A stretch of DNA of 13,831 bases, taken from NCBI GenBank assembly GCA_036479435.1, contig JAZGFI010000118.1:1-13831 (forward strand), in the 5' to 3' direction. Source of the stretch: Planctomycetota bacterium. Its GTDB lineage: Bacteria; Planctomycetota; GCA-002687715; DRQF01. A program made the translations under genes and the position numbers. Positions 8,851 to 13,831 of the stretch are shown one piece after another (the first letter of the stretch is position 1; each line of letters starts with the position of its first letter). The notes under the pieces are model-generated. The model was given only the letters and a program-made list of their open reading frames with translations, was not told the origin of the DNA and did not search any database.

Positions 8851-10173
8851 CTACTCCTCGTCGGATTTCTCATGGTCGTTGTCGGAAGCGAGCTTGGCTT
8901 TGGATTCGCCCTCAAGGCGGACCACGGCGCCGTCGAAGAGTCGATCAACCCCGACCAAGACGACTTCGGAGTTGTCATCAATTTCAGCGGACTTGCCCGT
9001 TAAGGGCAGGTACTCGACACTGTCGGCGTTTTCTAGTCCGCGTTGTAGATAGACCTGACGCGCTTTGGTTTCATCTTCGCTGCGTTCGACGATGTAAATG
9101 TAGGGGCGGTCTCGATCGAAGAGCAGCGCTTTTTTGGGCAGCAACAAGATGTCGTTGCGTTCTTCGGTGATGATGTGCCCGCTCACAAACATGCCGGGAA
9201 GCAGCGGGGGATCGCTTTGGGCCATGAGGCGGATGCGCGCGGTGACTTTTCCGCCTTCGATGTTGATCTTGGGTGCGATAAACTCGACGCGGCCTTCAAA
9301 ATTCTGACGCGGATAGGAAGTACAGCCCAGGGTTACGGCAAGGCCGACTCGAAGATTGCGAAGTTCTTTTTCTGGCACGCTGGCGTAGACGATCAAGGAG
9401 TCAAGATCGTCCAACTGAAAGGCAGCTTGGCCCGTCATGCTGCGTTGCCCGAGCTTGACGTTGCGGGCGGTGATGGTGCCGTCCAGAGTCGCACGAATCT
9501 CAGTCCAAGAGAGTTTTAGTTCGGCTTGCTTGACCTTAGACTCAGCGTCTTTGTACTGGAGCTTTTTGACCTTGAGGTCTTCGACGAGTTTGCGTTCTGC
9601 AAGCAAACTTTGTGAGTGCTTCGAATACGCAGAGTCGTGGGCGTATTTGGCTGCTTCGAGATCTTGATCGGCGATAATCGTGCGGGCGTGTTGTTCTTTG
9701 GCGCGGGTGTACTTCGTATTCTCGTTGTCGAGCGTGATCTTTTCGCCGGCTTGAAGGGCTTTTGCCTCTTCAAGAGCGAGTTCAGCCAGTCTTACGCCGA
9801 GCGCCGCTTGCTCTGCGGTGAGCTTGGCGCTGTCGCGGTCAATGACTTGCTCATCGTTCTCAATGGTTGCCAGCAGGTCACCGGTTTTGACTTTTTCGCC
9901 CTCGTAGCGGTGGATTTTCGTCACCACGCCCTCAACGCGTGGCAGGATGCCGGCTTGCTCGAAGGCCTCGACGCGGGCGTTGACTTCCAGGCGGTCGGCG
10001 AGCTTGCCTCGCTGGGGGTGGACGACGCGAACGAGGATGTCTTTTTTCTCGGTCTTGGCCGCCTTTGTTTTGGACTCGTCGTCACCGCGTTTGAACTCGC
10101 AGCCGGTCGACGCCAAAGACGTGACCAAAACAGCGGCCAAAAGCAACATCAACGAGCGTGGTTTCGAGGCCAT
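8851..10173 (-). CDS. Efflux RND transporter periplasmic adaptor (membrane fusion protein), probable lipoprotein
   Basis: Lipoyl half-motifs PRVEGVVTKI..EGEKVKTGDLLATI and IRATLDGTITARNVKLGQ flanking a coiled coil; LLPGMF; LLLPKKAL; membrane-proximal domain at the C-terminus. ATG 10173 has GGAG 9 nt upstream, so it is preferred over the track's TTG 10188. Signal peptide ends LASTG-C25. Confidence 0.93.
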   Translation of the reverse strand: MASKPRSLMLLLAAVLVTSLASTGCEFKRGDDESKTKAAKTEKKDILVRVVHPQRGKLADRLEVNARVEAFEQAGILPRVEGVVTKIHRYEGEKVKTGDLLATIENDEQVIDRDSAKLTAEQAALGVRLAELALEEAKALQAGEKITLDNENTKYTRAKEQHARTIIADQDLEAAKYAHDSAYSKHSQSLLAERKLVEDLKVKKLQYKDAESKVKQAELKLSWTEIRATLDGTITARNVKLGQRSMTGQAAFQLDDLDSLIVYASVPEKELRNLRVGLAVTLGCTSYPRQNFEGRVEFIAPKINIEGGKVTARIRLMAQSDPPLLPGMFVSGHIITEERNDILLLPKKALLFDRDRPYIYIVERSEDETKARQVYLQRGLENADSVEYLPLTGKSAEIDDNSEVVLVGVDRLFDGAVVRLEGESKAKLASDNDHEKSDEE

Positions 10174-10385
10174 GTAGGCTAACTCCAAGGGTCGGGCTCA
10201 TTCTCTACGACTGGGCGGGTTTGCGCTTTCGACATCCGCGCAGAATGTCGTCCGGCGTCTGCGATCCCATCAAGACGACAACGAAGAACCATTGCGCCCT
10301 CATTTGATGGCATTTCGAGATTGTGTGAAAATCCCGTGGAAGCTTTCAACTGAGAAGTCGCTTAGTCTATGAGAGACAAGATTTT
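10174..10385. promoter_or_regulatory. Divergent promoter region between the RND operon and the rSAM-moeA-lnt operon
   Basis: Only sizeable non-coding stretch, lower in GC and flanked by divergent starts. Candidate minus-strand sigma70-like TTGAAA-N18-CACAAT at 10349..10320, plus several inverted repeats. Confidence 0.6.
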
Positions 10386-11747
10386 ATGGCCAACTCGCGC
10401 ATGAGCGGTCCGCACTGGGAACGGGTCGAAGCCGCCGTAGCTGAGTTTGAAGATATTCCCCGCGAAGCGGTCTTCAAGGAAGACATGCTAAGGCTAGGTA
10501 TTTGGTTTGACGACGACGCTCTCGCCGCGGCGGGAGAGTACGCCCGAAAGTCCTACTTTATCTTCAGTTTCGATCACCGTCCGCTAGCCGAGATGGAGGG
10601 CGCGCCGCCGACACGCGCTCCCGAAGAGGTCCGATTTTCGGGCGGGGCTTGGGGTTTGGCGCCGACTGTGGTGTCCGTACGGCTTAATCCCGATTCTCCT
10701 TGGCGGGTCAGCGCGGAGCGCCAAAATGGGGGTCCAACACAGGGCCTTGATAGTCCAGCGGCCCGCGTTTTTCTGGCGTTGGACGGAGTCGAGGCCGCCG
10801 AAGTCGAGTTTTCGCCGACACCGTCCTACTACGGCAAGAGCACCGCGGATGGCGTGCCCCTGGTCGAAACGGCACCTTCGATTGAGTGGGGGTATTTACT
10901 CTACCTGACCGTGTTTCGGATGTGTCAGTACTTCGGCCGCGAAGAAGAATGCCAGTTTTGTGACATCAACCGCAACTTCAAGCAGCAGCGCGACGCGGGC
11001 AAAGTCTATAACGCCACGAAACCCGTCGAGCGCATGCTGGAGGCCCTGTCGATCATTAACGATCTGGGCTCGCCTTCAAAGGCCTACACCATTACCGGCG
11101 GCTCCATCACCTCAAAGCTTGAGCAGCAGGGCGAAGCCGAGTTCTACCTGAAATACGCCGAAGCCATCGAAAAGCAGTTTCCCGGGCGCTGGATCGGCAA
11201 GATGGTCGTCCAGGCCCTACCCGTCGACGACGTGCGGCGTATCCGCGATGCCGGGATTCAGATTTACCATCCCAATTATGAAATCTGGGACCGCGATCTC
11301 TTCGCGAAAATCTGCCTCGGTAAGTCGCGCTACGTCGGCCGCGACACTTGGATTGAACGGATCCTCGCTTCGGCTGAGGTATTCCCGGCCCATTCCGTCA
11401 TCCCCAACTTCGTGGCGGGTATCGAGATGGCCAGACCCTTCGGCTTCAAAACCGAAGAAGAGGCCTGGGCTTCCACCGGCGAGGGCCTCGAATTTTTCAT
11501 GTCCCGTGGCGTTATTCCGCGCTTTACCTCTTGGTGCCCGGAACCCTTGAGCGTGTTGGGAGAACAAAAAGCCGGCCCTGCGTCCTTGCGCTATCACGTC
11601 GGCATGCTGCGGACCTGGCGCGACATCCACGAAAAGTACGAGCTGCCGCCGCCCCGCGGCTACGGCGAAGCAGGGCTCGGAAAGGCCGTGTTTTCGGTCT
11701 CCTCGTTTATGGATGTCATCCGAATTCCAGGAGAATCCAAAGCGTGA
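10386..11747 (+). CDS. Radical SAM superfamily protein of unknown function (CX8CX2C motif)
   Basis: 453 aa. C180-QYFGREEE-C189-QF-C192 with an aromatic residue before the last Cys, glycine-rich TITGGS motif, and downstream barrel-like segments (YHPNYEIWD, PNFVAGIE). Start could also be ATG 10401. Confidence 0.85.
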   Translation: MANSRMSGPHWERVEAAVAEFEDIPREAVFKEDMLRLGIWFDDDALAAAGEYARKSYFIFSFDHRPLAEMEGAPPTRAPEEVRFSGGAWGLAPTVVSVRLNPDSPWRVSAERQNGGPTQGLDSPAARVFLALDGVEAAEVEFSPTPSYYGKSTADGVPLVETAPSIEWGYLLYLTVFRMCQYFGREEECQFCDINRNFKQQRDAGKVYNATKPVERMLEALSIINDLGSPSKAYTITGGSITSKLEQQGEAEFYLKYAEAIEKQFPGRWIGKMVVQALPVDDVRRIRDAGIQIYHPNYEIWDRDLFAKICLGKSRYVGRDTWIERILASAEVFPAHSVIPNFVAGIEMARPFGFKTEEEAWASTGEGLEFFMSRGVIPRFTSWCPEPLSVLGEQKAGPASLRYHVGMLRTWRDIHEKYELPPPRGYGEAGLGKAVFSVSSFMDVIRIPGESKA

Positions 11748-13021
11748 TCTCGAAACGCGAAGCCCTCGATTTACTCCATGCGGCCATCCCCCAAGTCGGG
11801 TCTTTGGGCCTCGAAACCCTTCCTTTAGCAGAGGCCTTGGGGCGGGTGTTGGCTGAGGACGTTGCGGCCGATATGGACATGCCGCCCTTTGATCGCTCTG
11901 CGATGGACGGCTTTGCCGCGCGATCTGGCGACTTCCAAAACGGCCTCGCCGAGCTTTTAGTCTGCGGTACGGTCGCGGCTGGCGAAGCCGCCAGTATCGC
12001 CGTTCCTCCGGGTTCATGCGTCAAGATCATGACCGGGGCACCGGTGCCCGCTGACACCGACGTCGTGGTGATGGTCGAAAAATCGGAAGAGCTTCCAGGT
12101 GATCGCGCACGAGTAAGATTGCGGGATGCCATCCGACCCGGGCAAAACATCGCCCCTCGTGGCCAGGACATGCGCAAGGGCGAGTTCGTTCTGACCTCGG
12201 GAACCGCGATTCGCCCGATCGAGGTTGGCATGTTGGCGACCTTAGGCTGCGCTGAAGTCGCCGTCTTTCGCCGCCCTCGCGTGGCGGTGATCGCGACTGG
12301 CGATGAGCTCGTGGCGCTTGGAGACGGCCGCCCGGGCCCGGGGCAAATACGCGAATCAAACGGCCACATGCTTAGCTCCCAAGTGGCCGACTTGGGGGCG
12401 GGAATCGAGCCGATCCACTTGGGGATCGCCCGCGACAATCCCGCGGCCGTGAACGCTATGCTGGACACCGCCTTCGCCGCCGATGTTGTCGTTTTGTCCG
12501 GCGGCGTTTCGATGGGGGAGTTCGACTACGTCCACCATACCCTTAAAGAACGCGGGTTGAACGTCTTGTTTGAACAAGTCGCCATGAAACCGGGCAAGCC
12601 CCTGTTGTTTGGCGAAATGACCGTCGAAGACCGAACCGTCTTCGTTTTTGGCTTGCCGGGCAATCCGGTTTCGAGCTATGTGACCTTTGAGCTCTTCGTG
12701 CGACCTTTCTTGCGCGGGCTGATGGGCTTTTCGGGGCCGCATTTCCTGGAGATGGCGGCGCGCATTACTTCCGACTCTGGTGGCAAAGCCTTGCGGCGGA
12801 CCCAACACTTGCCCGCAAAGATTTGGCTCGAAGAGGGTGAAGTGCTCGCCGAAGCCGTGACTTGGAACGGCAGCGGCGACCTCCGCGGGCTGTTGCGCGC
12901 CAACGGATTTATCATCGTCGAGGCGCACGAAGCGCCGCCAAAGTCGGGAACCCGCGCTGCGGTCTTGATCGGCGAATCCTCGACCTTGCGGCCGCCGCAT
13001 TCTTCGACGCGCGACTACTAG
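11744..13021 (+). CDS. moeA: Molybdopterin molybdotransferase MoeA (gephyrin E-domain family)
   Basis: 425 aa from GTG 11744 (GTGA overlap with the rSAM stop; AGGAG 10 nt upstream). Motifs ALGRVLAED, PPFDRSAMDGFA, IMTGAPVP, ATGDEL, SGGVSMGEFD, MKPGKP, LPGNPVS, GSGDL. The track start at 11531 is an over-extension. Confidence 0.96.
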   Translation: MISKREALDLLHAAIPQVGSLGLETLPLAEALGRVLAEDVAADMDMPPFDRSAMDGFAARSGDFQNGLAELLVCGTVAAGEAASIAVPPGSCVKIMTGAPVPADTDVVVMVEKSEELPGDRARVRLRDAIRPGQNIAPRGQDMRKGEFVLTSGTAIRPIEVGMLATLGCAEVAVFRRPRVAVIATGDELVALGDGRPGPGQIRESNGHMLSSQVADLGAGIEPIHLGIARDNPAAVNAMLDTAFAADVVVLSGGVSMGEFDYVHHTLKERGLNVLFEQVAMKPGKPLLFGEMTVEDRTVFVFGLPGNPVSSYVTFELFVRPFLRGLMGFSGPHFLEMAARITSDSGGKALRRTQHLPAKIWLEEGEVLAEAVTWNGSGDLRGLLRANGFIIVEAHEAPPKSGTRAAVLIGESSTLRPPHSSTRDY

Positions 13022-13034
13022 GTCAAAGGCCAGC

Positions 13035-13831
13035 GTGTACCTTCAAATCGAAAAAAAGTCATCCCGGTCGGAACGGCTACGTTCCGCGATTTGCGGGCTG
13101 TTGTCGTTCTCCTTGTTGACCGCGGCTTTTCCGCCCATCGGCTGGTCTCTTCTGGTATTTTTGGCCTGGATTCCCTTCTTCGTCGATATCCAGCGGACGC
13201 GCGGCCGTGTGTTCTGGCCCGGGTTTCTGCTCGGCGAGGCCTTTTTCGGCTCGGCCTTGCTCTATTGGATCACGGCGATGACGACGGTGGGCGCGGCCTC
13301 CTACGTCGTGTGGTTCGGTGTTTCTTTTTTGCATGTCTTGTTCGCCTTGCCGTTGGGGTTTTTTCTGCGTTGGCTTTTGCGTCGCGGCGTTTCGGTTTTT
13401 TGGGCCGCCCCGCTTCCTTTTGCCGCCCAGAGTTTCCTGCGCGAAAAAGTGACGAATATCGCCTGGCACGATCCCGGTTACGCGCTGGCGGATTGGACGC
13501 TTTGCTTGCAGTCGGCGGAGTGGGGCGGGCCGCAGGTGCTTTCGCTGATGGGCATGTTTTGCAGCGCGGGTTTAGCTGAGTTGTGGTTGGCGAAGAACGG
13601 CGCAGCCAGGTGGTCCAAACGCGGGGCTCTGATCTGCGGCGGCGGCCTGCTGTTGTGCCTCGTAGCTTTGCCGGCCTGGGGTGCTTGGCGCATCCGTGAC
13701 CTTGAAGGACAGCTGAAAACGGGGCCCCTTGTCGCTGGGATTCAACCCAATGTGACGCTCGAAGAGCGCGCGGACCCCAAGATTTCGCCCTACGATCTCT
13801 ACTCCCGCCGTTTGGACCTAACGGAGCGCGT
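13035..13831 (+). CDS. lnt: Apolipoprotein N-acyltransferase (5' part; runs off the window end)
   Basis: Manually translated open frame from GTG 13035 (AAAGG upstream): MYLQIEKK..LLTAAFPPIGWSLLVFLAWIPFF..LLYWI..FLREKVTNIAWHDPGYAL..LQSAEWGGPQVLSL..GPLVAGIQPNV. Multi-TM N-terminus with AFPP, W-x3-GY and LQxAxxGG motifs, then the QPN start of the nitrilase domain. Catalytic E-K-C residues lie outside the window. Confidence 0.9.
   Translation, partial: MYLQIEKKSSRSERLRSAICGLLSFSLLTAAFPPIGWSLLVFLAWIPFFVDIQRTRGRVFWPGFLLGEAFFGSALLYWITAMTTVGAASYVVWFGVSFLHVLFALPLGFFLRWLLRRGVSVFWAAPLPFAAQSFLREKVTNIAWHDPGYALADWTLCLQSAEWGGPQVLSLMGMFCSAGLAELWLAKNGAARWSKRGALICGGGLLLCLVALPAWGAWRIRDLEGQLKTGPLVAGIQPNVTLEERADPKISPYDLYSRRLDLTER

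Noticed and set aside
10269..10308. FNR-like half sites ATCAA and TTGAT
   Set aside because: Wrong order and spacing for TTGAT-N4-ATCAA.
10308..10324. Possible sigma54 promoter TGGCAT...TTGT
   Set aside because: Spacing is 2 nt too long and the -12 GC is missing.
11531..11743. 71-aa N-terminal extension of MoeA
   Set aside because: Lies inside the rSAM gene. MoeA homology begins at GTG 11744, which has an SD and a GTGA overlap.
10386..11747. Annotating the rSAM as moaA
   Set aside because: Lacks CX3CX2C, the C-terminal CX2CX13C cluster motif and the terminal GG motif; length and layout also differ.
13091..13579. 162-aa plus-strand ORF in the track
   Set aside because: Alternative frame over lnt; the frame starting at 13035 carries the Lnt motifs.
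1..13831. CRISPR arrays, tRNA/rRNA, IS elements, tandem repeats
   Set aside because: The window is almost fully coding; I saw no periodic repeats, cloverleaf motifs or transposase/integrase ORFs by eye.

Overview
GC-rich bacterial chromosomal segment with two divergent gene runs sharing a ~210 bp intergenic region (10174-10385). Minus strand: a lipoprotein-type membrane fusion protein, two tandem AcrB-family RND permeases (no outer-membrane factor in the window), then ribH (lumazine synthase), nusB and ftsY. Plus strand: an uncharacterised radical SAM protein with a non-canonical CX8CX2C motif, translationally coupled (GTGA overlap) to moeA, followed by a 3'-truncated apolipoprotein N-acyltransferase (lnt) that is missing from the ORF track. 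The ribH-nusB-ftsY order is suggestive of Planctomycetota (inference only). No RNA genes, CRISPR arrays or mobile elements were seen. The best candidate for something undescribed is the CX8CX2C radical SAM-moeA pair, since the enzyme is clearly not MoaA. Next is the atypical heteromeric RND system: long adaptor hairpin, degenerate RLS tip, insertions, altered proton-relay residues.
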